Shown here in pieces: positions 16,976 to 26,276 of a DNA stretch of 39,047 nt. The notes beneath the pieces were generated by a model. It made no database searches. It saw only the letters and a program-made list of their open reading frames with translations, and was not told where the DNA came from. Position 1 is the stretch's first letter. Every line of letters begins with the position of its first letter. Location: positions 1 to 39,047 of IMG/VR virus record IMGVR_UViG_3300020045_005806; one strand, written 5' to 3'. Made by a program: the position numbers and the translations under genes. Source of the stretch: a virus (Duplodnaviria > Caudoviricetes).

Positions 16976-17161
16976 TTATCCTTCCAGAATTTTTATTAAA
17001 TTTTCAAGGTTCTTAACTTCTTCTCTTAAAGCAATCAGTTTTGAAACAATGATGTTTTGATCTTCAATTCTAGCTTGAGAATCTAAAACATCCCACTTGT
17101 GTTCAAGTTCTTTGATTTCATTATTAAGAGATACAATAAGATTTTCAATTTGTGTTTTCAT
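16976..17161 (-). CDS. Hypothetical coiled-coil early protein, probably leaderless
   Basis: ATG 17161 sits 6 nt after the TATAAT box; no RBS. Confidence 0.65.
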   Translation of the reverse strand: MKTQIENLIVSLNNEIKELEHKWDVLDSQARIEDQNIIVSKLIALREEVKNLENLIKILEG

Positions 17162-17167
17162 AAATTC

Positions 17168-17196
17168 ATTATAACACAATGTATAATACAACGCAA
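17168..17196 (-). promoter_or_regulatory. Sigma70 early promoter
   Basis: TTGCGT, 17-nt spacer, TATAAT with extended TG; TGTATTA(TA)CA motifs in the spacer and upstream. Confidence 0.8.
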
Positions 17197-17276
17197 CTAC
17201 AAAATGTAATACACTCTAAATGGCTGTAACCACACCAAGCAATCACATGAATCAGATAGCTTACAAATTGGGCACA

Positions 17277-17519
17277 TCATTTAACTAATCTCAAATGAGT
17301 TTTAGATTTTCGCATCCAATGCAAATCAATTACTTCCATACATTCTTTCAAAGTCTTATTATCAGATGAAAGCTTATCTCTGTAATTAAACCAAATACCC
17401 CACAGCTTATTTTCCTGTTTTTTAATGATAAGCCCATTCCACCGATACAAACCATAAATCTTTTTATCTGCAATTGGTCTGCATCTAGCTTTCATTTGCG
17501 ATACCTTGAACCACACCAT
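17277..17519 (-). CDS. Hypothetical protein
   Basis: ORF coupled to the polymerase end; likely start ATG 17495. Confidence 0.55.
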   Translation of the reverse strand: MVWFKVSQMKARCRPIADKKIYGLYRWNGLIIKKQENKLWGIWFNYRDKLSSDNKTLKECMEVIDLHWMRKSKTHLRLVK

Positions 17520-19564
17520 CCTTCAGTGCTTACAGGACATCCTGATGCCCATTTAGGGATAGTCTTCATGTACTTATCAAACTCATGAATGTTACCAGTT
17601 CCAATCTCTTTTTCAGCTACAATTTCATCATGCACTGTAAGAATTACATCATACCCTGCCTTACGCTCTCTAAGCATTGAAGCTGCCAATAGATCAGCAG
17701 AAATCCCACCCACACAGTTTTGAGTCAGAACTCCACCCCAAGTCTTAGAGAACGTCCACTTCTTAGTAGTGGTGTCCACTGTCCAGTGATAAAGAACTGC
17801 TTTTGATTCACCCCATGGAGTTTTTTCATACCTCACTTGTGGGCCATAATAATGGATGCACCTTCCACCAGGTAAACGACACTTGAGAAATTTACCTTCC
17901 ATGAACCATTCAACGTGATTAAGCTTGAATGTTCTGCCAGGTTTTTCAACAGCAGCAATTGCAGCTTTTTCCAAGTTGCTCCAAAGTTTAGGCACGGGTG
18001 CATGAAGTTCCCTATAACCATTGATAGCTTTTTTTGCTACTTCAGCAGTAACAGGTTGTCCTAACATCTCACATGTAGTTTGAAATTTCTTCCATCCACC
18101 ACCATAACCAGACAACAGAAAGGCTTGCTTACCAACAAAACGTTCATCTTTAGTTACACCAGAAATAGAAGTTCTATTGAAGATCACCATTGCTAGTTCT
18201 TCATACATCTTTCTTTTCTCGACAAAAGCTTTACAACCATCAGCATGATTAGCAAGCCAAAACAGAACCCTTGCTTCAATGGCTGAAAAGTCTGATACAA
18301 ATAATTCTTTTCCTTCACGAGGAATAATCATTGTTCTCAAACATGAAACAAAAACTTCCATTGGGTCTTCATAAAACAAACGAAGCATTTCTAAATCCAT
18401 TCCTGCTTTAATCTGTTCAGCAGCAATTGGAGCTAGATCAATTTCAGTTCCATCAACATCTTTTTTCTTGAGTGTTCCACGAGGAAAATTATGAGGCTGA
18501 ACTCCTGCACCTCCCCACCTTCCATGCACTGTTGCCCTGAAATTCAAACTGAAGCGCATCACCCCATCCGATGTGGTGTGATTAAGAAAGTTAGGATATT
18601 TTTTAAGTGAAGTCTTATTTAGATTCTGTCTAAGCTCAAGAACTCTTTTACATTCTGCTGGCATTTTTCCAGCTTTAATTGCATCATCAACAGTTTTCTT
18701 TTGAAGGTTTGGGAGAGTTACCCCTTTCTTCTTTAACCATTTCTGGATAACTGCACCTTGACCACCAGAGGTAACAAAACCTTTGGTGATGGTTTGAAGC
18801 TCTTTAACCATGTTCTTTTTTTCTAACGTGATCATCTTCAGAACTTTCTGAACTAGATCACGGTCAACTCTTGCACCTCTGAAATTAATCTCCTGATCAA
18901 ACAACCAAAGGTCACGTTCCTCTTTAGATGGAAGATCAAGTGAAATGAACAATCCAACTTCAGCATAAATATCATGCTCACAATATTTTAGAAGACGGTC
19001 AAAGTCCTTAACGTATCTGGTGGATGGATCAGCTTTAGATGGTTTTTTAGGCTTACACCATCTCATCATCAGGCGGTGTCCTTCCTTGTCTTTGATGTGA
19101 TTAAGTCCTAATGCACCTGTTGCTCCATCAAGTGAACGTGGAATTGCATGTGTTGCTGATTGAACAGCAGTACAAAAGAACTCTTCATGCGAAATTAAAA
19201 ATGGTGCTTTTCCAAGGTATTTTCCTAAATGCTTAGGCAAAACGTTTCTGGTAATTGCTTGCTCAAACATCGAGTTGTGGCAGGTCTTGATGATTGTTTT
19301 ATCTTTCAATAGAGCAGCAAACTTTTTTCCATTTCTAATGTCTGATCGGTGTTCATTCCATTCACGCTTTGGTGCCCATGAAATAGCTTTTTCCTTGTTC
19401 TTTAGTTTACGATCAAGCTGCTTGCGAGTTCCAACCATCCATGAAACACAAAGCACCTCTGTTGAAGGGTGCATACTGTACTCGAAACTTCCTACTTTTT
19501 TTAGATCAACTTCAGAGTAAGTTTCAAAATCATAGACCATGTAAATTTGATCGGGCTTAAACAT
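17492..19564 (-). CDS. DNA polymerase family A (SPO2/APSE-like) with 3'-5' exonuclease
   Basis: DFETYS exonuclease motif; DFSAIEARV (A), RFVGKQAFLLSGYG (B), VHDEIV (C). Confidence 0.95.
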   Translation of the reverse strand: MFKPDQIYMVYDFETYSEVDLKKVGSFEYSMHPSTEVLCVSWMVGTRKQLDRKLKNKEKAISWAPKREWNEHRSDIRNGKKFAALLKDKTIIKTCHNSMFEQAITRNVLPKHLGKYLGKAPFLISHEEFFCTAVQSATHAIPRSLDGATGALGLNHIKDKEGHRLMMRWCKPKKPSKADPSTRYVKDFDRLLKYCEHDIYAEVGLFISLDLPSKEERDLWLFDQEINFRGARVDRDLVQKVLKMITLEKKNMVKELQTITKGFVTSGGQGAVIQKWLKKKGVTLPNLQKKTVDDAIKAGKMPAECKRVLELRQNLNKTSLKKYPNFLNHTTSDGVMRFSLNFRATVHGRWGGAGVQPHNFPRGTLKKKDVDGTEIDLAPIAAEQIKAGMDLEMLRLFYEDPMEVFVSCLRTMIIPREGKELFVSDFSAIEARVLFWLANHADGCKAFVEKRKMYEELAMVIFNRTSISGVTKDERFVGKQAFLLSGYGGGWKKFQTTCEMLGQPVTAEVAKKAINGYRELHAPVPKLWSNLEKAAIAAVEKPGRTFKLNHVEWFMEGKFLKCRLPGGRCIHYYGPQVRYEKTPWGESKAVLYHWTVDTTTKKWTFSKTWGGVLTQNCVGGISADLLAASMLRERKAGYDVILTVHDEIVAEKEIGTGNIHEFDKYMKTIPKWASGCPVSTEGWCGSRYRK

Positions 19565-19869
19565 TAGTTATCTCTTATGTTCATGTCAAGCATCACACAT
19601 TCTTCCACCCAAGGGTGGTTTTGAATTGCTTGATTAATTGTTTCTTGTGTTACTTCCCAATCAATAAAAATCATCCGATTTAAAATTGCTTTAAGAAGTA
19701 ATGGAGCAAATTTATGTTGAGTCACGCCATTAATTAATTGAGTCATTGAAAGTTCTTCTGATGTTGCTGGTTGATTAACAACATGTTCAAAAGTTTCAAG
19801 TGTCATCTGCTCACATTCTTTATCAATTTCAAACTCTGATTTTACCTGTTTGTAGTTTGGATCAAGCAT
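19564..19869 (-). CDS. Hypothetical protein
   Basis: GGAG RBS before ATG 19869. Confidence 0.6.
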   Translation of the reverse strand: MLDPNYKQVKSEFEIDKECEQMTLETFEHVVNQPATSEELSMTQLINGVTQHKFAPLLLKAILNRMIFIDWEVTQETINQAIQNHPWVEECVMLDMNIRDN

Positions 19870-19882
19870 GGTGTTCTCCAAT

Positions 19883-19910
19883 AAAGAAGCGTGGGCTTTT
19901 ACACCCACGC
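19883..19910 (-). terminator. Probable intrinsic terminator after SSB gene
   Basis: GCGTGGG/CCCACGC stem followed by TTCTTT on minus strand. Confidence 0.65.
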
Positions 19911-19917
19911 AAATGAT

Positions 19918-20577
19918 TTAGTATTCTACTTCATCCTCTGATTCTTCTTCAGATAAAGCATCATCCTGTTCATCATATTCAACTTCATCAAAGTCATTAG
20001 CAGCGTTCCCACCACCCAATGCTTCACCAGTTGCAACTTTCTGAACACCAACTAATGCAAAAGAAACTCCCACCTTTGGCCCTTTACCATCTTTAGGATA
20101 GGCAAAAGCAATTAGTGAAGCTCTGGCATAATCACCTGCTTTAATTCCAGTAGCATCTTTGATGATGTTCTTACCTTGATCAAATACAGTTGGTTGTTTT
20201 CTGCAAGATGCGTTGATGAAAGTTACACCTTCATATTCAGGTTTGTCTGGATGCTCTACTTCACCATCTTTAAAAGGCATTTGAACAATGCACTTGCTGA
20301 TGATTTTTCCAGTCTTCTTAGACTTAACTTTCTTTGACGGCCATTGCTTTTTGTCTGAACCCCACATTTCAACAGCAGCGTTGTGTGCTGCAATTTCAAG
20401 TTGTGAAAGGTCTGCTTCAGAATCAAAGAGCATAGCAATTGAATACTTTGGTTCCTGATCTTTGAAAGCTTTAGGCTTAAACAGATGTGGATAACTCAAG
20501 CGAAACTTACCAGTAGTAAGCTTCTTATCAGTTATTTCAATTTGACGATCAGTAACAATTTCTAATTTCTCACCCAT
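19918..20577 (-). CDS. ssDNA-binding protein (DUF2815, gp2.5-like)
   Basis: RLSYPHLF, KYS, FINAS, GVSFAL..VQK...GEALGG motifs; acidic tail ending in an aromatic residue. Confidence 0.9.
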   Translation of the reverse strand: MGEKLEIVTDRQIEITDKKLTTGKFRLSYPHLFKPKAFKDQEPKYSIAMLFDSEADLSQLEIAAHNAAVEMWGSDKKQWPSKKVKSKKTGKIISKCIVQMPFKDGEVEHPDKPEYEGVTFINASCRKQPTVFDQGKNIIKDATGIKAGDYARASLIAFAYPKDGKGPKVGVSFALVGVQKVATGEALGGGNAANDFDEVEYDEQDDALSEEESEDEVEY

Positions 20578-20627
20578 GGTGTTCTCCAATTTTAGTTTCT
20601 CGATTTCTCGTGTTGTGAAGCTGCTAA

Positions 20628-21560
20628 TTATTTAGCAGCTTTTTTCTTACTAACTTTCTTTTTCGCTTTCTTCTTAGAAGCTTTTTTAGTTGTTCCCATT
20701 GCACTCACCTCCTTTTGATCTTCATTAGGCAATTCATCAAAATCACCTTGTGTTTGTTTTGCTTTCATTACAGGACATTTCTTTTTACCTAGACAAAAGA
20801 AGCAATATTTGTCTGAATATTTTAACGGTGCATTTGGTTTGAGTGCCAGGTTAACGGACTTCTTAAACCTCTTGCCCCACTTGATTGCATCATCAACTGA
20901 AATGTACCATTCACGTATCACACCATCTTTGTGATGGGCACGAGGTTGAATGATCACGCATCTGATCCGATCAAACTTTTTCCATCCCTTGAGGAAGATG
21001 ATCATTGCAAGAGCGTAGTAAATAAGTTGAGCATTGTTTTCAACCTGAACTGGATGCTTACCATACTTATAATCTGCAACTATCAGTTCCCTTGCGTTCC
21101 AATTTGCCATTGCTAAATCAAGAGTTGAACCTTGATCATCAGTGGTGAACTTTGAAGCATCAAGCTTCTGCTCTACATAGATTGTTGAACGTGGAGAAAG
21201 CTGCTCTTGTAACCAGGTGAGAGCATTGAGTGCATCAGCAATCATGTCCTTAGTCCAATAATAAGTCTTACCACTCTCACCAATAGTAAAACTCTCTTCA
21301 GCTTTATCAAGAATCTTTTTGCGAGTTACTTTGTTCTTTAAGAGTTTTCGATTGTTCACAATAAACTCTAAGCAAGCATGTGCAGCAGTTCCCTCTTCAG
21401 AAGAGTCATTGGTTTTATTTGGAACACCTCGTGAAAGAATAACTGAACCTGGACAATTCATAATCCGTTCAGCTTGTGAACCACCAAACTCTGAATGTTC
21501 TTTTACTTCTGAAGTTTTAGTTTTCAAGATTGCCCCATTGTTTTGCCATAGCTTTAGCAA
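20628..21560 (-). CDS. DUF2800 PD-(D/E)XK (Cas4-like) exonuclease
   Basis: RIMNCPGS, EGTAAH, DYKYG, QLIYYA, IIQPR, CFFC...CP. Confidence 0.9.
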   Translation of the reverse strand: MLKLWQNNGAILKTKTSEVKEHSEFGGSQAERIMNCPGSVILSRGVPNKTNDSSEEGTAAHACLEFIVNNRKLLKNKVTRKKILDKAEESFTIGESGKTYYWTKDMIADALNALTWLQEQLSPRSTIYVEQKLDASKFTTDDQGSTLDLAMANWNARELIVADYKYGKHPVQVENNAQLIYYALAMIIFLKGWKKFDRIRCVIIQPRAHHKDGVIREWYISVDDAIKWGKRFKKSVNLALKPNAPLKYSDKYCFFCLGKKKCPVMKAKQTQGDFDELPNEDQKEVSAMGTTKKASKKKAKKKVSKKKAAK

Positions 21561-22092
21561 TCCCTTTATAAGTTAAAGAGCGCAACATTCCTCTATCTTC
21601 ACTTGGAGGCATCAAATGAATCTTCTGTTCTCTACCTGAAACAATTTTTGATGGTGTAAGTGGTGGGAGATTTTTCAACCATAAGCAAGTTGCTTTAGTT
21701 TCTCCATGTCCGAACTGCCATGGTTGAATAATTTGATCTTGTGACTTACCAATGATTTCTTTAGCGTATTTGTGCATGATAGGATTTTCAATTGCTATCA
21801 TGGGAATTTTTGCTTTCATCAGTCTCTTAAAGAAACGTGCAGCTTTCTCCATATCTTTTTGTCGCTGCTTATCACCAGCAAGCCAACGTACACCACTATT
21901 ACAAAGGAATGTGCAAGGTGGATGAGCAATCATCAAATCCCATCCATCATTGATAATGTCAAAAACATCACCTTGATAATGAGGGCCAGGTTTAATTGTG
22001 GGCAATAGATCACAAGACATAGCTTGATGCCCCCCCATAATAAACGCATCTCTTACCCTGCCTGAATATTCACAAGCAATTAAAACTTTCAT
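21517..22092 (-). CDS. Short C5 cytosine methyltransferase-like protein
   Basis: MKVLIACEYSG start with AAGGA RBS; AHPPCT and IENP motifs; GIAKAMAKQWG ending. Confidence 0.75.
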   Translation of the reverse strand: MKVLIACEYSGRVRDAFIMGGHQAMSCDLLPTIKPGPHYQGDVFDIINDGWDLMIAHPPCTFLCNSGVRWLAGDKQRQKDMEKAARFFKRLMKAKIPMIAIENPIMHKYAKEIIGKSQDQIIQPWQFGHGETKATCLWLKNLPPLTPSKIVSGREQKIHLMPPSEDRGMLRSLTYKGIAKAMAKQWGNLEN

Positions 22093-22100
22093 AATTATCC

Positions 22101-22256
22101 TTATTCTAATTCTTTTAAACCTTGAACAAATACTATGGACAATGACCAAACTACAACACTCATCCATTTTAAAAATTTATCATCAGCTAGATACCATCCA
22201 TAACCAAACACAATTGAACTCAAGCAAATCAAAACAACCCATTTTAAAACTTTCAT
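22101..22256 (-). CDS. Small two-TM membrane protein (51 aa), not in ORF track
   Basis: MKVLKWVVLICLSSIVFGYGWYLADDKFLKWMSVVVWSLSIVFVQGLKELE*. Confidence 0.65.
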   Translation of the reverse strand: MKVLKWVVLICLSSIVFGYGWYLADDKFLKWMSVVVWSLSIVFVQGLKELE

Positions 22257-22258
22257 AA

Positions 22259-22447
22259 TTAGTTGCCCTCGCTAAAAGCTTCAATGTCTTCAATGTGTTT
22301 TACAATCAGTTTTGCTTTCTTAGTTCCAAAGCTGAATGGGTAAGGCTTGCGCTTACCATCTTTATCAAGTTCATGAATGATGATTGTTGGATTACCTTTG
22401 TAATCTCCAATCTCAATTTCACTTTTAATTTCTTCTTTCTTACTCAT
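22259..22447 (-). CDS. Conserved small phage protein
   Basis: YKGNP...YPFSFGTKKAKLI motif; AAGGA RBS. Confidence 0.65.
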   Translation of the reverse strand: MSKKEEIKSEIEIGDYKGNPTIIIHELDKDGKRKPYPFSFGTKKAKLIVKHIEDIEAFSEGN

Positions 22448-22448
22448 C

Positions 22449-22637
22449 TTAGTTTGTCCTTTCATAGTTCAATTTATAAACTGGTGAGATGTTTGGAATA
22501 CTTAATTCAATGTCTTTGATTGAACCTACAAGACAAATTGCATCCATCAAAATTGAATTAGCGTTTTGTTTATCTTCCATATTGATTGCCAGGTTCATCA
22601 TCTTGATAACTAGTTTAAGCTTTTGTTCTGAATTCAT
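22449..22637 (-). CDS. Hypothetical protein
   Basis: Coupled ORF. Confidence 0.5.
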   Translation of the reverse strand: MNSEQKLKLVIKMMNLAINMEDKQNANSILMDAICLVGSIKDIELSIPNISPVYKLNYERTN

Positions 22638-23293
22638 TATTTCATCCTCAGTGAAAGAAATCTAACACGTTCAACAAATGGGTGGTCAACACCAAACTTT
22701 TGTTCCCACTCTTCGATTGTTGGTTGATAGTTATATTTTAGAAAGCAAATGAACTTGCTTGAAAGTGTTTTAGGTGGAATGAGTTTATCAATCCATTCAA
22801 TGATTAAATAAATTAAAGGCACTGGTGTATTTGCTTCACGATAATAGAAAGCCCGATCTTGAAATGGAACCATGAAAGCCACATGATAAACCTGTTCAAA
22901 GCCTTCATTCATCCAGAAATGATTTCTATGTTTACCAATGAGTTTCACCAGTTGCCACACCAGTTTAAAGATGTTTAGGCTTGGAAGTGGCTTTGGTGAG
23001 AAATTCCATCCAAAGCGGCCAATGTGTTGAATGTGGTCATAACCTTCATAAGTTGCACCTAACATAAAATCTCGTGAACAATATGGTGTAGGTTTGCCAG
23101 GTGTTCGTTCAATCGGATAACAAAAATGTTTTCGTTTCTTTAGTTGATCCCAAAAACTGTGATCATCCATAAAAGGAAAACCGATCTTACTTCCAATGGC
23201 AGTTAGTATCATTGAATCATTTGAAGATGGTTCTCCATTGATGCACTCCTTATCATGCCACATGCCCCATTTATCTTGATATTTGCTTTTCAT
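22637..23293 (-). CDS. Hypothetical aromatic-rich protein
   Basis: Long ORF, no recognised family. Confidence 0.7.
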   Translation of the reverse strand: MKSKYQDKWGMWHDKECINGEPSSNDSMILTAIGSKIGFPFMDDHSFWDQLKKRKHFCYPIERTPGKPTPYCSRDFMLGATYEGYDHIQHIGRFGWNFSPKPLPSLNIFKLVWQLVKLIGKHRNHFWMNEGFEQVYHVAFMVPFQDRAFYYREANTPVPLIYLIIEWIDKLIPPKTLSSKFICFLKYNYQPTIEEWEQKFGVDHPFVERVRFLSLRMK

Positions 23294-23492
23294 CTTTTTC
23301 CTTTTCAACAATCTTTCTTGCTAACTTTCTCGCATTACTTACAGCATAAGGACAATTAGGACTTGAAGAAATGATCATCACAGAACCACCAGGTGACTTA
23401 ACCTTGATGTGTTTGTTCTGACCTATGTAGCTCCATCCTTCATCAATCAATTCTTCAATCAAATCTTTGATGTCCTTACTATGCCTTCCCAT
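23271..23492 (-). CDS. HicA-like (dsRBD-fold) protein
   Basis: LIDEGW...KHIKVKSPGG...SSSP pattern with conserved His. Confidence 0.6.
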   Translation of the reverse strand: MGRHSKDIKDLIEELIDEGWSYIGQNKHIKVKSPGGSVMIISSSPNCPYAVSNARKLARKIVEKEKDEKQISR

Positions 23493-23495
23493 AAT

Positions 23496-23714
23496 TTAGC
23501 TAGGCATTGAAAGTTCAATCTTCAATCCAACAACATTGCTCATTGCTAAAAGCACATCAGTTCTTACATGCCCTCGTGACCGTTCCATATTTCTCAAAGT
23601 GGTTTGAGATATACCAGCTTGTTTTGCAACCTGCTCAATGGTCATGCCTTTTTCTTTTCTCATCTCTCTGAAAAATATTCCAAGCTCTCTGTTATTGCTT
23701 ATCTGGTGTTTCAT
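23496..23714 (-). CDS. XRE-family HTH regulator
   Basis: RKEKGMTIEQVAKQAGISQTTLRNMER. Confidence 0.9.
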   Translation of the reverse strand: MKHQISNNRELGIFFREMRKEKGMTIEQVAKQAGISQTTLRNMERSRGHVRTDVLLAMSNVVGLKIELSMPS

Positions 23715-24105
23715 CTTGTGTTCCTTTGAAGTTATCAGCTACATTTTTAAAGTCAGGATTGATGGGTAAAAGTGTTCCTTTCTTTTCCATGTACTGCTGC
23801 TTGACTCGTTTTGAAACTTCCAAAATCCGTTCAGCAATCTCCTGCTCTTTAGTATAAGCTTGAGATGCGTTCCATGTTCCAAATGGTGTTACTGATGATC
23901 CATGTGCTCCTATGCCATGGTTAAACACATGGTGAGCTAAACAGGTAATGGCAAATTCTTCCATTGCTGTAATTTCAAAATTGATTAGACCTGGATTGTT
24001 CATTGCAATTATTGACTTTACTGTCTGGTGATACTGTGAGGCACCTTGTTTCATTGCAAGCACAACAGCTTCTTCAGTTGTCATGGCTTTCTTTTCTTCA
24101 GTCAT
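23692..24105 (-). CDS. Hypothetical protein
   Basis: AAGGA RBS before ATG 24105. Confidence 0.65.
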   Translation of the reverse strand: MTEEKKAMTTEEAVVLAMKQGASQYHQTVKSIIAMNNPGLINFEITAMEEFAITCLAHHVFNHGIGAHGSSVTPFGTWNASQAYTKEQEIAERILEVSKRVKQQYMEKKGTLLPINPDFKNVADNFKGTQDETPDKQ

Positions 24106-24117
24106 ACATTCCTTTTT

Positions 24118-24148
24118 AAAGTGGGGTGAACCAGCAAGCCCACCCCAC
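24118..24148 (-). terminator. GC-rich hairpin, weak terminator or processing stem
   Basis: GTGGGGTG/CACCCCAC stem extended by G-U pairs; only TTT follows. Confidence 0.5.
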
Positions 24149-24176
24149 AACTACTTAAAGAGTATTCGCTTAAACT

Positions 24177-24776
24177 TTAAGCAGCTAATGCGTTCAGTTT
24201 CTTAATAACAGCACCGTACTTGGAAGCGTCAAGGGAACGTGTTCCTTTAGCACCAAACTCTTTAAGAACACCATTTAGTTTTGCAATGGCCTTTTCTTTT
24301 GACTTGAGTTTCTTTTCAAGCTTTTTGTGTGTTGCTTGAAATGCAGCTTGAACAGCTTCATATTTGATTGCTGATTTTCCAGCAGCAGGTGCAGCTTTAG
24401 TTGCTGCCTTACCTTTTACTGGTGGTGTAGCTTTCTTTTTCTTAGGCGCAGGTTCTTCCTCTTCTTCCTCTCCATCATCGTCTTCTGATTCTTCTTCCTC
24501 TTCAGTCTCCTCTTCTTCACCGTCTTCATCTTCAGAATCAAAATTAGGTTCGTCTTCTGATTCTTCTTCCTCTTCAGTCTCCTCTTCTTCATCAATTTCT
24601 TCTTCCTCTTCTTCCTCAACAACTGGTGCTTTCTTTTTTGGTTTAGCAGCAGCAGGTGCAGTTTTTTCAGTCTTACCCTTTGGTGTCTTACCACCAGATG
24701 CTTGAGCATCCATCAAATCAGCTAATGCCCTCAACATGTTTGAATCAGTAACGGTAATTGTAACTTGCATAATCAT
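24177..24776 (-). CDS. Acidic-tract protein typical of DUF2800/DUF2815 replication modules
   Basis: Long Glu/Asp tract between Lys/Ala/Pro linkers; C-terminal VLKEFGAKGTRSLDASKY domain. Confidence 0.75.
   Translation of the reverse strand: MIMQVTITVTDSNMLRALADLMDAQASGGKTPKGKTEKTAPAAAKPKKKAPVVEEEEEEEIDEEEETEEEEESEDEPNFDSEDEDGEEEETEEEEESEDDDGEEEEEEPAPKKKKATPPVKGKAATKAAPAAGKSAIKYEAVQAAFQATHKKLEKKLKSKEKAIAKLNGVLKEFGAKGTRSLDASKYGAVIKKLNALAA
24478..24591. repeat. 42-bp perfect direct repeat, period 72 bp
   Basis: 24478-24519 equals 24550-24591; encodes the EEEETEEEEESED unit. Confidence 0.85.
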
Positions 24777-24785
24777 ACTCCTTTA

Positions 24786-26237
24786 TTAGATGATTGCTGT
24801 TATTTTCTCTTTTCTTCTAAGAGATTGTAGAACTTGTTTATCAAATGAATTCACTAGAGCAATGTATTGAGCAAGCAATGGGTGATCTAAACCAATCCGA
24901 TGCCCTCTATCTATTGCTTGTCTGTTAACACCTGGAACATAACTAAACTCCACTAGTGGAATTCGATTTGCTTTTGTAAGTGTGTGACCAACTCCCATAG
25001 CGTCTATGTTCCCAATGAAAAGTTTTCTCTTCTTATTAGTCTGAAACTCTCTAACCATTCCATGTCTTAGTTTAGAGTTGGTGTCACCTGTTGCAATGAA
25101 AGGTTGATAGTCACTTAGTTGTTCCCCAAGTTCTCTAATCACTTCTTTGTGTATTGCAAACACTAATAAGTTTTCATCAGTGTTATCTAGTATGTCACGC
25201 AAGAATTCAACTGATGGTGTAACTTTTTCTAAACCAAGTAAACGCCTATAAGTTGCAATGTGAATATCTTCTTTACCAGTCTTCTTTAAGATCATATTTT
25301 TTACAAGATCATCAAGAGTAAATTTCTTCAAGAGTTCATTCTGCATACCCTTTAACTCTTTAGAAATTTTCCCATCACCTAACACAACAACCTCTTCAGT
25401 AAGAGGAGGTAGTTCAATGGTGTCCTTAGATAATCTCAACATAAAACCATAACGGTCTTCAGCGTTCTTACTCACCATGAGTTCTTTCAAACCCTGCATT
25501 GCCTTTTCATTACACCCTCTGTAATCGTAAGTTCTTCCATCATAGAAAGCTGAACAGTATGAAATCCCAAATTGAATTTTATTTTTGAAGTCAATGTACT
25601 CTGGACAATTTTTAGCAATGACTGGATAAAGTTCAATTGGTCTATTGGGCATTGGTGTGCCACTCATGTAAACGAGCTTCACTAAATCTCTTCTATCAAC
25701 AACACCAGGAACATAACCTTCAGTCTTATCTTTAAAGCCCAACAGTGCTTGAGTTCGTTGAGCATCCATTTCTTTGAATCGGTGTGCTTCATCCACAATG
25801 ATTACTTTAGGATTAAAGTACCTGATGTAAAATCTTGTTTCATACCGATCAAGAATAGAGTCAGGGATAATAAGGACATCTGGCACAATCCAATCTGGAT
25901 CAGTGCCTAAGATTGCAACGGACATTGTAGGGTTCCACTTTCTGAACTCTTCATAAGTGTTGAACACTAACATCTTTGGACAAATATAAACCGTTCGCTC
26001 TTTAACTGCATTGGCAATCAAAGCAGCAATTGGTGTCTTACCCAATCCAGGTGCTAATCCTAAATATGAACGGTTCCGATTAAGAGCATACTTGATAACA
26101 CTTGGTTGATGCTTCATCAGCTTCAGACCTTTAGGAATGGAGAGTGACCCCTCCCAACGTCTAAACTTTATCGGTGAATAGTTTTTTCTGAAACTTTTCT
26201 TTTCATCTTTAGTTGCACGTAAGAGGGAATCACTCAT
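24786..26237 (-). CDS. SNF2-family (SF2) helicase
   Basis: PGLGKT, DEAH, SGTP, QAIDRGHRIG motifs. Confidence 0.93.
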   Translation of the reverse strand: MSDSLLRATKDEKKSFRKNYSPIKFRRWEGSLSIPKGLKLMKHQPSVIKYALNRNRSYLGLAPGLGKTPIAALIANAVKERTVYICPKMLVFNTYEEFRKWNPTMSVAILGTDPDWIVPDVLIIPDSILDRYETRFYIRYFNPKVIIVDEAHRFKEMDAQRTQALLGFKDKTEGYVPGVVDRRDLVKLVYMSGTPMPNRPIELYPVIAKNCPEYIDFKNKIQFGISYCSAFYDGRTYDYRGCNEKAMQGLKELMVSKNAEDRYGFMLRLSKDTIELPPLTEEVVVLGDGKISKELKGMQNELLKKFTLDDLVKNMILKKTGKEDIHIATYRRLLGLEKVTPSVEFLRDILDNTDENLLVFAIHKEVIRELGEQLSDYQPFIATGDTNSKLRHGMVREFQTNKKRKLFIGNIDAMGVGHTLTKANRIPLVEFSYVPGVNRQAIDRGHRIGLDHPLLAQYIALVNSFDKQVLQSLRRKEKITAII

Positions 26238-26276
26238 GTATTAAAATCCTAACTAGCGTAGTGAAAATGTTTTAGA

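Noticed and set aside
20628-21560. Cas4-like nuclease as part of a CRISPR system
   Set aside because: Standard DUF2800 gene in a replication module; no repeat-spacer array or other cas genes seen
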